DNA from: Octopus bimaculoides
Taxonomy: Eukaryota
DNA length: 64,000 nt
NCBI RefSeq assembly: GCF_001194135.2
Contig: NC_068993.1
Coordinates: 52,293,842-52,357,841, forward strand
Direction: 5' to 3'
Shown: piece by piece, positions 1 through 13,944 of the stretch
How the letters are laid out: every line of letters begins with the position of its first letter
Numbering within the stretch: the first letter of the stretch is position 1
Notes under the pieces: generated by a model
The model's input: only the letters and a program-made list of their open reading frames with translations
Told to the model about the DNA's origin: nothing
The model's database searches: none
Translations under genes and position numbers: made by a program

Positions 1-689
1 CAAATTTAGGTAATAAGGAACCGAATTTGTAATTTGGTTGAGTTTTCTTAGTGAAGCAGATACAATAGGCTGATACATATAAACTTTTAGAGAGAAGAAA
101 AAAAGTTAGTAGTAAAAATAAAATCTCCCTTTGCATCATGGTTTTAGCAAAAAAAATTTGTTAAGTATGATTTACATGTGATTAAAGCACTGTGTCCTTG
201 AGCAAGGCACTTCATTTTACATTGCTCCATTCTGCTGAAAATGAGTACCAGCTGGGCATTGGTTCAGCTCTCTTTCTCTTTTGTCATATCATTAATGTTC
301 TGCTGGATCAAGGATGGGAGGCTCAAGAATGCATCTACATTTGCTTGTGACTGTTTAGACAATGAAAACAATTATTGAAAGCATGGGACAAGGTCATAAG
401 TCATAATTACTTGTAAGTGATGGCTATGGTTTGTCATAAATGGTAGCTTGGTCACAGATGCATTATAAGTATAATGTCATTATTCTCAAGTTGTTGGGAT
501 TTCAATACAAGTATTGTTGGAAAGATTAGTAATCACTTATTCAGAGATGGAAAAAGAAAATAAAAAAAAAGAAAAATATAAAACTGAAATGTATGATTCA
601 TTTTTGTGTTGAGATTTGTTTGTAATGAACGTTAGTTATTAAAGTTATAACACTACCATAGAAATATTGACAGCAAGGTCAATAAAAAT

Positions 690-1510
690 AGTTAAATAAA
701 GGGCAACGGTGTCTGTTTTCTGTGAATGCTAACCAACAGACATTTTATGTAGATAAATGAAATTATTTCCTTGTCTGAAGAAAAATATCTAAACAAAGTC
801 CTATCTGATTGTCAAAGATATCTAATAGAATTGATGGAGAGAAGATTTAGAAAGATCTTCTTAGTAAATAGAAAAATGTCAGGGCCACCCAGAAAATAAG
901 ATCTAGCTATATTCAATATCACATATTCAAATATACCTATTGCCGAGATAATTCTTGTCTAAAGCTTCTTTTCCATTCCATTGTTGGTGTTCTACTGCTG
1001 TTACTGCTGCTGCTGTTGCATACAGTTCTTTCATTTATTCTTTATCCTGCTATAAACTGGAATATTGATCTCTGTGTTAGTCTGATCATAAGATTTCATT
1101 TCCAGACTACTTTCTCTAGATTACACACTCTAATTAATATATTTTCCAGATTCTGATGCAGGAAACGCTTTCATTACTGTTTTGTCCAACTTTATATAAC
1201 CAAGTGCTTTTTAATTTTCATATTCTTTTATTGACTGAACTAATCCATTTATATACAAGATAGAATTTATAACTCAAGTCTTCAGGTTCTGTTTTTCTCA
1301 GACTTTGATTGCTTTCACAGTTTCTCTTCTTGCTTTTCTTGTTAAATGGTCAAAAATCAATACGATATTTTTCATTGTTGTCTTCTAACCAGGTAAAGAT
1401 GTTTTATTAAATATACCAACTAGCTTCTGAATGCACAATTGTTGCTCCACATTCTATATTTACTTTCTGTGTTCATCTAAACAAAATAGGTGTCATTCAT
1501 TGCTAATGAT
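690..1510 (-). mobile_element. Highly degraded non-LTR retrotransposon (APE endonuclease to RT linker) fragment
   Basis: Weak minus-strand motifs in LINE order: IFTWLEDNNEKYRIDF (end of APE), KE*MKELY, GGPD (KAPGPD-like) and a frameshifted N-R-P-V-A-L (NYRPISL-like). Confidence 0.35.
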
Positions 1511-2504
1511 ATTTATTTTCAATATTTTTGAAATATTAGCTTTGCAAATTTGATTTCAAGAATATTACACTGTTTATAAATATATGCATGTGCATTTATA
1601 TTTCTGTGTGTGTGTGTGTGTGTGTGTCTGTAAATTATATGTACATGTATAAATATATACACATATGATCACCATCTTAATTTTTACATCTGCTTTCTGT
1701 ACTGACATAGGTTAAAGTAGTCATTGTGTTTGGTGTCAGCATGCATTGGAATGGGGATGGAGGGATAATTCTCACATAACTGGAATCAAGGAACCTCATC
1801 TTGCTCACAGTTCCTCTTACCACAGAAACCAAGCCAAAAATAAAACATACACACACACACACATTGTTGGCATTTTAGGAATTTGTAAACTTTCTGGAGA
1901 GCATGAAATAGTTCTTTGTTTACTTTTTGGAGTTGGGGAACAGTGGCTTTTGAAGTTATTATTTTGTAACTTTTAAGTGCTTTGAGATCCACTATTCCAA
2001 AAAAGAAAAAGAAGAAAAAAAAGAAAAGAAAAGAAAAGAAAGAAAAAAAAGAAAAGAAAAAAGCCTTGTTGTGTATTTGAGCCTGAAGGATTGCTTGGAA
2101 GCACAAAGCTAATTTATCGTGTTTCTACAGCATGAAACTAACAGTAGCTCATATTTAAATACCATTCTTTTATATGTTTCGGCCTTGAGACTGCAGCCAT
2201 GCTGGGGCACTGCCATTGATCATTATATTGAATGACGTGAGTGTGTGCGCGTGTGTGTATGTCATGCAGTGCTACATAAAAGCACTGCACAAGTGCTTTT
2301 GTGTCACACTGCATGGACACCTTTCCAGAGTGCCGCAAGTGCTACATAAAAATACTCATGGTTGTGCTACATAAAGGTGCTCATGCAGTGTCACACAAAA
2401 GCATGTTTGTGGTATCATGTAAAAGCACCCAACACACTCTGTAAAGGGGCTGGCATTAGGAAAGGCATCATCTGAAGCATGGAAAAGCGGATGTTAAATA
2501 TTAA

Positions 2505-2542
2505 TGATGATTATGATGATGGCGATGATGATGATGATGACA

Positions 2543-2582
<40 letters not shown>

Positions 2583-2770
2583 CGATGATGACGGCGATGA
2601 TGATGACGATGGCGATGATGATGACGATCATGATGATGACAATGTCGACAGTGATGACGTCAATGACAATGGCAGCAGCAGCAATGATGAAGATGACAAT
2701 GACAACAACAACGATGGTGGTGATGATGATGACGATGATGAAAATGATGATGATGACAATGATGATGATG
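2505..2770. repeat. Imperfect (GAT/GAC)n microsatellite
   Basis: Directly visible. It produces the spurious poly-Asp and poly-Met ORFs. Confidence 0.95.
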
Positions 2771-3233
2771 TTTGTGTATGTGTGTGTATGTGTACAGAGA
2801 GAGGTTCATCAGAACCAAGGAGAGTGTTTTGTCCTCGACAAAATTAAAACCCTGATATTATCTCTAGACATACTTCAGTAAGGGGGAAAATAGATGATGG
2901 AAACAAACCAGCTATTTAAGAAATATATTGTGTGTGCATATAGTTTACTCTGGTAGGGAAGACAGTGGTTATCCACCAAGTTGCAAGCAAGAGCAGTGAG
3001 AGCTGTTTTGTTATTTAAACTAGTCAGCGGAGAATAATGTGAATGGTTGATGTGTATAGGAAAACAAGGTGTAAAAACGGAGAAACCTTGGATATATATA
3101 TACACGTTTTACTCCTGGTAAACATTATGAATTTAATGAAAATATTTATTTGGGAAGTAAATAGAAGGAAACAGAAATAATAAATATGACTGTGACATGA
3201 TTATGTTACTGAATAGTGTGTGCATATGTCTGC

Positions 3234-3273
<40 letters not shown>

Positions 3274-4120
3274 GTTTGTGCGCATACAAATTTGATGGTT
3301 TCCAGCATGTTCAAATCTATTGGAATTTTGTATACTTTGAGGTCGGGGTGAAAACAAACAGATACTAACAAATGAGCACAGGCATGGCTTTATGGTTAAC
3401 AAGTCCACTTCACAATCATATAGTTCTTGGGGTTTTTTTTTAAATTAAAATTTTTATTTGTTTCAGCCATTTGAGTGCAGTGATGCTGGGGCATCACCTT
3501 GAAGAATTTTTAATCAAATGAATTAACCCCAGTATGTTTGTTTGTTTTTTTAATTTTTAAGCCTGGTACTTATTCTGTTGGTCTTTTTTGCCAAACTAAG
3601 TTACAAAGATGTAGACACACCAACACTGGTTGTCAAGCAATGGTGGGGGACAAACACAGACCCCAAAATACACATACATAGATATATATGTGTGTGTGTG
3701 GCTGATGTCAATCCCACCTGACTCACACCATTCAAGCTTGGCCAATGCCAGTGCCACCTGACTGGCACCTGTGCCAGTGGCACATAAAAGGCACCTACTA
3801 CACTCTCAGAGTGGCTGGTGTTAGGGAGGGCATCCAGCTGTAGAAGCTTTGCCAAATCAGATTGGAGCTGGTGCTGCCTCCCAGCCTGCCAGTTCTCAGT
3901 CGAACTGTCCAACCCATACCAGCATGGAAAGCGAATGTTAAACAATGATGGTGATGGTGATTGTGTGTGTGTGTGTGTGTAGTTATGGTATATTTCGTTA
4001 GGAACATGATAGAGTACAGTATAAAGCTTGTACACCTTCAGAATTGCTCAGTACTATGCAGTAGTGTTATTATATACTTCCAAGTTTATTTTGGGGCATT
4101 CGTCATGTGTGAGTATAAGA

Positions 4121-4450
4121 TTGAAGAAATTGGAGTCAACAAGGAGTACTGTTAGAAAGTTATTTTTTAATTGCTACAATTGTTTCGACACAGCGTAGTT
4201 CTCCAGCAATACGGATATTTGATTATGCAACTGTTTGTTTGCATAATGAGATCTAGTTGTGTTTCCTCAGACAATATACGAAACAACACTCACATATTGC
4301 CTGAAGAAACACAACTAGATCTCATTATGCAAACAAATAGTTGCATTATCAAATATCTGTATTCCTGGAGAACTACATCGTGTCAAAACAATTGTAGCAA
4401 TTAAAAAATAACTGTCTAACTGTATTCCTTGATGACTCCAATTTCTTCAA
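4121..4450. repeat. Foldback (palindromic) element with arms of about 155 bp
   Basis: TTGAAGAAATTGGAGTC...CAGACAATAT is the reverse complement, with scattered mismatches, of ATATTGCCTG...GACTCCAATTTCTTCAA. The loop is short, and TA plus an N gap follow. Confidence 0.9.
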
Positions 4451-5944
4451 TTATATANNNNNNNNNNNNNNNNNNNNNNNNNNNNNNNNNNNNNNNNNNN
4501 NNNNNNNNNNNNNNNNNNNNNNNNNNNNNNNNNNNNNNNNNNNNNNNNNNNNNNNNNNNNNNNNATATATTGGGCTTCTTTCAGTTTCCATTTACCAAAT
4601 CAGCTCACGGGCCTTTGCCGGCCCAAGGATATAGTAGAAGACACTTTCTCATGGGGTCACACAGTGGGACTGAACCTGGAACCATGTCGTTGGGAAGTGA
4701 ACTTCTTACCACACAGTAACTCCATTTCTCTTAACCTTGACCAACCACAGTCTTGGGTTGACTAAAACATTATGAGTGACATCTGGTTGATAGAAACTAT
4801 CCAGAAGCCTATTCTCTGGGTATGTTTGTGTTTATCTTTTACTGATGTACATTGACAAACGATGTAAACAAAAACTTGAAAACTAATGCTTTTTGAAATC
4901 CCTTTAGATAGTTGTTCTGCATTGAATTAAACACTTCCTTGTCACTCAAGTTATTTGAAATACATTGAATTAGCAATAAGTGTGTTGGAAACCTGTAACC
5001 AACAACACTTGTTTGCAAATTGCTTCATAAAATACATAAATAATTACTTTTAAATTTAAATTGTAAATAATTACTCACAGCAAACTTTATCTTAGAGCAG
5101 AAGATGCATAACCATTTATTAAATAGTTGTGTTTAATTAAGATTTCATTATTGCTATGTCTCGTTTAATTTTATGCAATGAACTAACTAAATTTGTTGAT
5201 ATTTAAATAAATCTTTGATTAACTTGAGGTTTCTCCTACATTTAATATCAGACAAATGCATGAACAGATGTTTACTCATTTAACAAGCTACTTACAAGAA
5301 TTATCTTATTTGAAGTGCGTACATTCTTGAAGAATGTATACGCTAAGAAATGTGAGTTGGAACAAAATCTAAATAACACTGTATAACTTTATTTTTCTGC
5401 ATGATGGTGCCCCAGCATGACCATACACCAATTATTGAAACTAGTGAATGAAAAATTATTAAAACAGAATGAAGTGTCCAAGCTGAAAAAAGTACTAAAT
5501 ATCCAAGAATGAAATTTATTCCAGAGTTAAATGATTTAAAAGAATTTGTGTGTGTGTGTGTGGTACAGGTATAGCTTTAGTCTTGGATTGAATTCTAGAA
5601 CATGGCACCTTGGGTAAGTGTCTGTTAAGTGGTTGCCATTTGGAAGGGCATCCAGCTGTAGAAACCAAGCCAAAACACATAGCTGGAACTTAGTGCGGTT
5701 CTCCATCTTGCAAGCTCTAGCCAAACCGTCCAAGCTATGCCAGCATGGAAAGTGGACATTTGATGACGGTGACAGCAACGATGATGACAATCATCACTGA
5801 GAAAGTAGAGAGATTTTGAATGTTAAAGCTGGTTGTTGTTAATGTTTGCCACCATCACTTTCCATGTGTTGGAAATGAGGTAGCACACACACATGCACAC
5901 ACGTACACACACACACACACACACATGCACACGCGCACACACAT

Positions 5945-5986
<42 letters not shown>

Positions 5987-6572
5987 ATCTCAGATCTACA
6001 GCAGCCTGGTTATGTATCCAGTTACAATTAAAATACTATTTATTGACCTACTTGCACAAAACAAGGTTACTGAGGTCACCAAATTGTATCATTAAATTTC
6101 TCGTTCAGTTTTCTTTTTATTTATATATTTATTCATTTATTTGCTGCTTTACTTTTATGGGAAAACCTTGAATTATTAATATCTATCATTCTTTGTTGTG
6201 TTTGAGTTCTTTTAGCATAATCCGTATGTTCTTGTCTATATAAACCTTACCAGTTGACCTCGTCGTAATAAATAATATTCGTAAATGTTGTACATTTTTA
6301 GTATATCTGCATCAAAGGTGGCGAGCCGGCAGAAACCTTAGCACACCGGGCGAAATGCTTAGCGGTATTTCGTCTGCTGTTACATTCTGAGTTCAAATTC
6401 CGCCAAGGTCGAATTGAATGTATAACGGAATTAGATTATCATATGGGTAGAAGTACAGAGTATATCTTAAAACAACAAAGAGAACTATTCTCTTCATTAC
6501 GGGTGGATAAATATAAGATATCGTAAAATATGGTATCGAATAAAAGGGGTAATCAAATTAGAGGTATACTAA

Positions 6573-6606
<34 letters not shown>

Positions 6607-7463
6607 TTAGGGAAAAGAACCAAGTTTCAAGAATTCATCGATGAAAATCCACTATCACATATAGAAAAATTAATAATTAATAGCACAATNNNNNNNNNNT
6701 ATATATATATATATATATATATATATCTTAATATCAATGTTTGTTTGTATGCCATATAATAATAAAAATAATTTTATATTAAACTGAACGATTACTTAAT
6801 GCTTTTTGTAGAGAACATATTTATTATTCTTTAGCAAAAACAGTGTTGACAGTGACTTCAAAGTTTGTGCCTGCTTACCCCTTCATCAAACAATCCAATG
6901 AAGACTAAGCAGCATTGTTCATTTCTAGTTTTCTGTGAAAAGCATATCTGGCAAGGGAAACTTTTTATTTTGCTTGGAAACAATTGAGGGTTGGTAACAG
7001 GAAGGGTATCCAGCCATAAAAAAAATCTGCCTCAACAAACTCTATTTAACTTATGCTAGAGAAAGTAGATATTCATTAAGGATAAAGCTTATTCTTCTTA
7101 AATTTCCAATCTGAATATGAATAACATATAAGCTCTCACTAAAACAAGGCACAAGAATATAGTGGTATAACAATTGTATATGTCATTTATTAATATTTTA
7201 TAATTATTAGCTCAGTTTTAACAAGATTAAAACAGCTTATGTACCACAAGGTCTACTTAAATTCATAGTTGCTACTGAACAAAGCATTTACAGCGTTTAA
7301 AGATTCTGGAAAATTCTTGCAAAAATTAATCACTTCTGTACTTGTAGCATGGAAAAATGGAATATGTGTTGTTTTTTTTTAAAGACAACTCTTGGTAGTT
7401 TAAATATTTCAAATGCAATAATTTCTTTAAACATTTGCATTATAACAGAATTGAGCTGCCTTG

Positions 7464-7469
<6 letters not shown>

Positions 7470-7499
<30 letters not shown>

Positions 7500-7678
7500 C
7501 GAAAGAGAGAGAGAGAGAGACGAAAGAGAGAGAGAGAGACGAAAGAGAGAGAGAGAGACGAAAGAGAGAGAGAGAGAGAGATATTATTATTATTATCATC
7601 ATCATCATTATTATTATATCATTATTATTATTACTATTACTACTCCTAACTGTCTCAATGATGACAAAGCAATAATCT

Positions 7679-7750
<72 letters not shown>
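7470..7750. repeat. Compound microsatellite: (GA)n punctuated by CGAAA, then (ATT/ATC)n and (TA)n
   Basis: Directly visible. Confidence 0.9.
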
Positions 7751-7759
<9 letters not shown>

Positions 7760-8243
7760 TACATATGTACACATATATGAACAGCGATTTGGAAAACTAC
7801 TATGATGTATTGGGAATAAACGAAATACAGGAAGAAAAGACTAAACATTTACCTTGAAACATTTAATAATCCTCAGAGTTCAGCAAAACCATATTTAGGA
7901 TTATTTAATGCCTTAAGATAAAAGTTTTGTCTTTGTTCTTTCTTTATGTTTAATCTTTTCCAAACTGCATTGCCATGGCTTTCCAAATCACTGTTTTTCA
8001 TGTTCCACATTGCTTCAAACGAATTATGACACACAAATGTAAGTGTGTGTGTGTGTGTGCACGCATGCATGTGTGCGTGCGTGTGAGCTTTGTTTCAGAA
8101 ATGAAAGGAAACTGAAGATGAAAAGCAGAGTAGATATGATTTAGTTTTTCATTAGCTTTGAATAACTACAGGAGTTTCTCAGGAACTTAGATGCTTGTAC
8201 CAAAGCACTTTCCAAAAGTAAACTGAAAAATATAAAGAACATA

Positions 8244-8626
8244 TCTTTTACTTGTGGCCATGCTGGGGCACTGCCTTGAAGAATTTTTAGTCGAATGTAT
8301 CAGTACCAGTACTTATATTTTTTTTAAAACCTAGTACTTATTCTATTGGTCGCTTTTGCTAAATTCCTAAGTTATGGGGACATAAACACACCAGTACTAG
8401 TTGTCAAGCAGTGCTGGAAGGACAAACACAGACACAAAGACACACACACACCCACAGATATACATGCATACATACATATACACAACAGGCTTCTTTCTGT
8501 TTCTGTCTTACAAATCCACTCACAAGGTAGTAGAAAACACTTGCCCAAGGTGCCATGCAGTGGGACTGAACCGGGAACCATGTGGTTGGGAAGTAAGCTT
8601 CTTACTACACAGCCACACTTGTGCCT
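8244..8626 (-). mobile_element. SINE-B full-length copy
   Basis: Reverse complement of the 37684 family, with a (CA)n linker. Confidence 0.85.
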
Positions 8627-8654
8627 AGCTTTGAATAACTACAGGAATTTCTCA

Positions 8655-8835
8655 GAGATGCTGAAAAGTTCCTGGCTTTAAGGATATTATGAAAGGCTTG
8701 GTTGGAGGCCCAACTTTCTGAGTGCTTTTACAGGGCTTAGAGAAACTGAAGGACCACTGCAATAAGTGTGTGAATCTGAGAGGGGAATATGTCGTATAAA
8801 ATAATAATTAACCAATCCTCCTGTATTTTCTTTGC
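8655..8835 (+). mobile_element. Truncated copy of the same mariner MITE
   Basis: Begins with the TIR-like GATGCTGAAAAGTTCCTGGCTTT. It encodes QGLEKLKDHCNKCVNLRGEYVV*, resembling a mariner transposase C-terminus. It is cut off by a SINE-A fragment. Confidence 0.7.
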
Positions 8836-8999
8836 TTTCATGTTCTGAGTTCAAATTCTGCCAAGGTTGACTTTCCCTTTCATCCTTTTCGGGTTGATAA
8901 AATAATTACCACTTGAATACTGTGGTCAATGTAATCGACTATACCCCTCCCACAAAATTTTAGGCCTTGTGCTTTTAGCAGAAAGAATTATTATTATAT

Positions 9000-9038
9000 A
9001 TAGTAGTAGAGGTTGTAGTAGTGGTGGTGGTGGTGGTG

Positions 9039-9082
<44 letters not shown>

Positions 9083-9092
9083 TGTAGTAGTG
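9000..9092. repeat. (GGT)n/(AGT)n microsatellite
   Basis: Directly visible. Confidence 0.9.
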
Positions 9093-9460
9093 ATGAAATC
9101 CTTTGCTGTTACACTGGAAATATTTGTCACATTGTTGTTGGTGCACAAACGTCCATAGTCCACTCTTAATTTCTGACAATAGTTGGTTGTTTATTGAATT
9201 CTACTTGGCACCGTATATTGCAGTCTATTCTGAAATCTAAAATCAATACTATTATGAAGCCTGCATCTTCTTATTGCTTAGCCATCCACAATTGTTGTGA
9301 AACTTCCAATACTAACACATAGTGCTAGGAGAATTTACTGTAGCTGGATATCATTTTATCTTCCTTCTTAGCAAAAATTAGAATCACCTCAACCTCTGTC
9401 TTTCTTTCTTTGGTAAGACAACTATCACAGAAAACCAAAGGTAAATCTTAATGCATATAG

Positions 9461-9539
<79 letters not shown>

Positions 9540-9567
9540 CATACATACATATACATGTGTACATATA

Positions 9568-9784
9568 TGAGGGAGCACTGAAAAGTTCCAGGCTTTGGAT
9601 AAAAGAAAATACAGGAGGAGCAGTTAATTATGATTTTGTTCAACATATTCCACTCTTGGATTCACACACCTATTGCAGCAGTCCTTCAGTTTTTCTAAGC
9701 CCTGTAAATGAACTCAGAAGGTTTGTCCCCCAACCAAGCTTTTCATGATGCCCTGAAAGCCAGGAACTTTTCAGCACTCCATTG
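9568..9784. mobile_element. Tc1/mariner-derived MITE
   Basis: TIRs (T)GAGGGAGCACTGAAAAGTTCCAGGCTTT and AAAGCCAGGAACTTTTCAGCACTCCATTG with TA at both ends. The interior is the reverse complement of the copy at 8655-8835. Confidence 0.8.
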
Positions 9785-9932
9785 TACATCATATATGCAT
9801 TGTGTATGGATTATGTTGTTGTTGTTGACATTTAGGTTTTAGTCTACAAACTCTTACTCAGAACATGCAGATCTATGACTCAAAGGTATTCCAGTTGTGA
9901 CCATCCTGGATTTTTGTTTGTTTATATGTATA

Positions 9933-9979
<47 letters not shown>

Positions 9980-9981
<2 letters not shown>

Positions 9982-10359
9982 TAGCACTCCATCAGTTGCA
10001 ATGATGAGAGTTACAGTTGATCCAATCAAAGGAACAGCCTGCTCGTGAAATTAACATGCAAGTGGCTGAGCACTCCACAGACACGTGTACCCTGAATGTA
10101 GTTCTCAGAGAGATTCAGCATGACACAGAATGTGACAAGACTGGCCCTTTGAAATACAAGTACAACAGAAACAAGAAGAAAGAGCAAGAGGAAGGTGTGG
10201 TGAAAGAGTACAGCAGGGTTCGCCACCACACCCTGTTGGAGCCTTGTGGAACTTTAGGTGTTTCTGCTCAATAAACACTCACAACGCCCAGTCTGGGAAT
10301 CAAAACCGTGATCCTACAACCGCAAGTCCGCTTCCCTAACCACTGGGCCATTGTGCCTC

Positions 10360-10360
<1 letters not shown>
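9980..10360 (-). mobile_element. SINE with F-type tRNA head and C-type tail
   Basis: Minus head GGAGGCACAATGGCCCAGTGGTTAGGG...GGTTTTGATTCCC and F body, then the SINE-C tail (TATTTCAAAGGGCCAG...GAGTGCTCAGCCACTTGC). A second F head/body lies at 63273-63415 (-). Confidence 0.8.
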
Positions 10361-10397
<37 letters not shown>

Positions 10398-11242
10398 CAG
10401 TTGAATAAAGCTAAAACATGGTCTGGTTTTCACATTTTTTATTCACAATGAGTGAAATTTGTAAAGATATGGTATAGGTGTATGTGTGTGTACACATTCA
10501 TGGACATAAACATACCACGCTACTCACACACTCTCTCTCACACACACAAGCACACACACACACACACACGCACAATACATGCACTGTGAATCGTTAGAGA
10601 ATTGAGGTCTACAGTAGAAAATATTAATAACTAATTTATCTGTTAATTGGTGTATTATGTTATCTATTAGGTCTAATTACTGCCAAATTTTTATTATTTG
10701 TGATATACGTCATTCAATGTTGATGTGTGAATGCAAGTAGCCAAATGGATTCAGTGGTGAGTGTTATGGGTCAGAAATTAAAATTCATTGCATTATGTAG
10801 TTAGAATGTTCTGCTCACAAATGCATAGCTTGGAGTTTGATCTCATTGTGCAATACCAATGGGTAAATGTTTTCTACCTTAATTCTTGCGAAATTTGATG
10901 GGCAGATATTGCTGCGTGCAGACTCAATGGAGGGACCATTCCTGCTCTTGAGTATTAGATTTAATCTGTTGCCATTTTAGCTCTGCCAACTAGCCCTTGG
11001 CTACCTTGAATGCAGTCGATTTTGTTTGCAAGAACAAATGCTTGCAACAAAGTCTCTTATCTGAGGATGACTCTTTTCCTTTACTTTTGTATATATTATA
11101 TATACATATATAATGATGATATATATATACACATACACACACATATATATATATATATATATACAGGCACACATATGCAGATACATACTCACACACATAT
11201 ATATGCATATATATATATATATTCTTCTATTCTTTTTTTTTT

Positions 11243-11624
11243 GTTTTTACTTGTTTCAGTCATTTAACTGCAGCCATGCTGGAGCACTGCCTTCAGTCAA
11301 GCAAATTGACCCCAGGACTTATTCTTTGTAAGCCTAGTACTTATTCCATCGATCTATTTTGCCGAACTGCTAAGTTGTGGGGACGTAAACACACCAACAT
11401 CGGTAGTCAAATGATGGTGAGAGGACAAGCACAGACACATAAATAAATACATACATATATATGATGGGCTTCTTTCAGTTTCTGTCTACCAAATCCACTC
11501 ACAAGGCATTGGTCGGCCTGAGGCTATAGTAGAAGACATTTGCCCAAAGTGCCATGCAGTGGGACTGAACACAGAACCATGTGGTTGGGAAGCAAGCTTC
11601 TTACCAGACTGCCACTCCTGCACC
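11243..11624 (-). mobile_element. SINE-B full-length copy
   Basis: Same head, linker and tail layout on the minus strand. Confidence 0.85.
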
Positions 11625-12713
11625 TATATGTACACACACACACACATACATATGTATGCATATATGTATATATATATATGCATTTATATATGCGTATATT
11701 TATGTATATATTTATATGCATATATATATATATTTATATGTATATATACATGTGTATGTATATTTATGTGTGTATGCACACACACTCATACACACTTATA
11801 TATACACACACATATAAATATGTACTCACACATAGAGACATACTCATAGCATATAGACCTGTGTATACTATGCAATAGTTTGTTTTAGCTTTAAAAAACA
11901 GAAAAAAGAAGAAGCCAGCAGAAAAGACATCCATATTTAATACACAATTTTGCTTGAAGTAAAATCTACCAGAACTTTTTTTTTTTTTTTTTGTAAAATT
12001 GTAATTTTGGGTTTTAAAAAATTTTTTTTTTCCTTATTTATTATAATCAATCAATATCATCCACCGTTATCAGACATCGAAATCACTTTCTATCCATTGT
12101 TCACTTACATTTGTTTCATCATCATCAATTTCTTTTTGCCCATATACCATCATCTTATGATCCATCACTCATAATACATTATTATNNNNNNNNNNNNNNN
12201 NNNNNNNNNNNNNNNNNNNNNNNNNNNNNNNNNNNNNNNNNNNNNNNNNNNNNNNNNNNNNNNNNNNNNNNNNNNNNNNNNNNNNNNNNNNNNAAAATTT
12301 GCCTGAAGCAGTAATGTCATGGTTGTGATTAGCCATGTATTCAGCATATTTATAACATATATTGTTGGAATTGAATAAGCTTTTCTTCATAGTCTTTAGG
12401 CAGATGTTGACATACAGTGGTTGCATAACAGAGGCTAATAGAATGACGATTCATAAAATGTGTAAGCCAATTACAACTTGCTTTGAAATAAGAATTAACA
12501 ATCAAAGCATTGCTTCAGTTTTAAATTTTCAATACTCATCATGTTTGTTTGTTTTTTTTTAGTATTTTTTTTTTTTTTTTGGTATTAACCAGAAGGTATC
12601 ATCAAAGAGAAGTGATTAGTCTTGCTACTTGCTAATAGTGGTGATTTTATGTTCCACACATGATGTAGGGCTTTTTTGGAAGAAGAGCTTTATGATGAGC
12701 AAAATCATCATTG

Positions 12714-12746
<33 letters not shown>

Positions 12747-13944
12747 TAATCATTTTCATGTAATGTCCACATTCCACATTGGCATGGATTCAGTGGTTCG
12801 ACAGGGAGCTGACAAGAGGACTGCATTAAGGTCTGCAGTCTGTTTTGGTGTGGTTTCTACTGCTGGATGCCCTTAATTCCATTTGGTGAAGTAATTCTTT
12901 TGTTTATCATACTGCTAAATGATTACTGCAGTGTCGTCCTTCCATAGATACTCATTTTAGCTTGTTTAAATTTTAGGTTATTTTCTATAATATGTTTACT
13001 TATCATACCCAGTTCACTTTATAATACATTTACAAGTCTACATTAAGGGCCACAAAGACAGTTTTTCTTTCTTGTCCTTAAGAGTTACATAAGCTTTATG
13101 CATGACTGAACATTCTTCTCTGTCATCTATTTTTAGCTTGATCGCTTATATTTGTGCTTTTCTCTTAATGTTACTCTGTGTTAGGATTTGGGTTTTTTTT
13201 ATTGTCATTTATGTGTTTTTGGTATATTATTTGAAAAGAATTTGAAATATGAGGAGTAGTCAGTTTCATATATGTTGTTTTGTTTTATCAACACGTATGT
13301 GACTGTGACCAGAGCTCCACCCTAATAGCTTTGATGCCAATGTTTAAGAGGTCTTGGAAGTTATTTGGATGGTCTCTACGCTTTACCTATTTAGTCAAAG
13401 CTGTCTAATTATATATAAATCACTAAATTAGTATATGCCGGATGTGTGAGTGTATTTGTGCGTGTGTGCGTGTGTGTGTGTGTGTAGCTGATATGTATCA
13501 GTGAAGGATGTCATTGTTCACAATCATCACATCATGTCAAGATTTGGGTGGGTATACATAAACACACACACACACACACATACACATTCACACATTCATT
13601 CGGCCATTCATACATATGTACATACATATATACAAACATATATATGTGTATATTTATTTATATATATAAAGTGTTTTCTTTCTGTTTTCATCTTCTAAAT
13701 CCACTCACAAGTGTTGGGTGAGCTCAGAGCTCTAATAGAAGACACTTGCCCAAAATTTCATGTAGTGGGACTGAATCCAAGATATATTCACACATATGTA
13801 TTTCTCTGTGTGTGTATTTACATGTATGTATGCCTGCATGGTTGCATACACACGCATGCGCACGCACACAGACAGACACACACACACACACTGATAGATT
13901 TGTTCCTGCTGAACAAACTCTTTTAATGACATTTGAGTGGACCT

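Noticed and set aside
2479-2881. Poly-Asp and poly-Met ORFs
   Set aside because: They are translations of a (GAT)n microsatellite at the tail of a family E repeat.
7851-8070. Minus-strand ORF (MWNMKNSDLESHGNAVWKRL...) near a GT donor
   Set aside because: The only open frame stops before the donor, the ORF start lies in a (CA)n tract, and no family was recognised.
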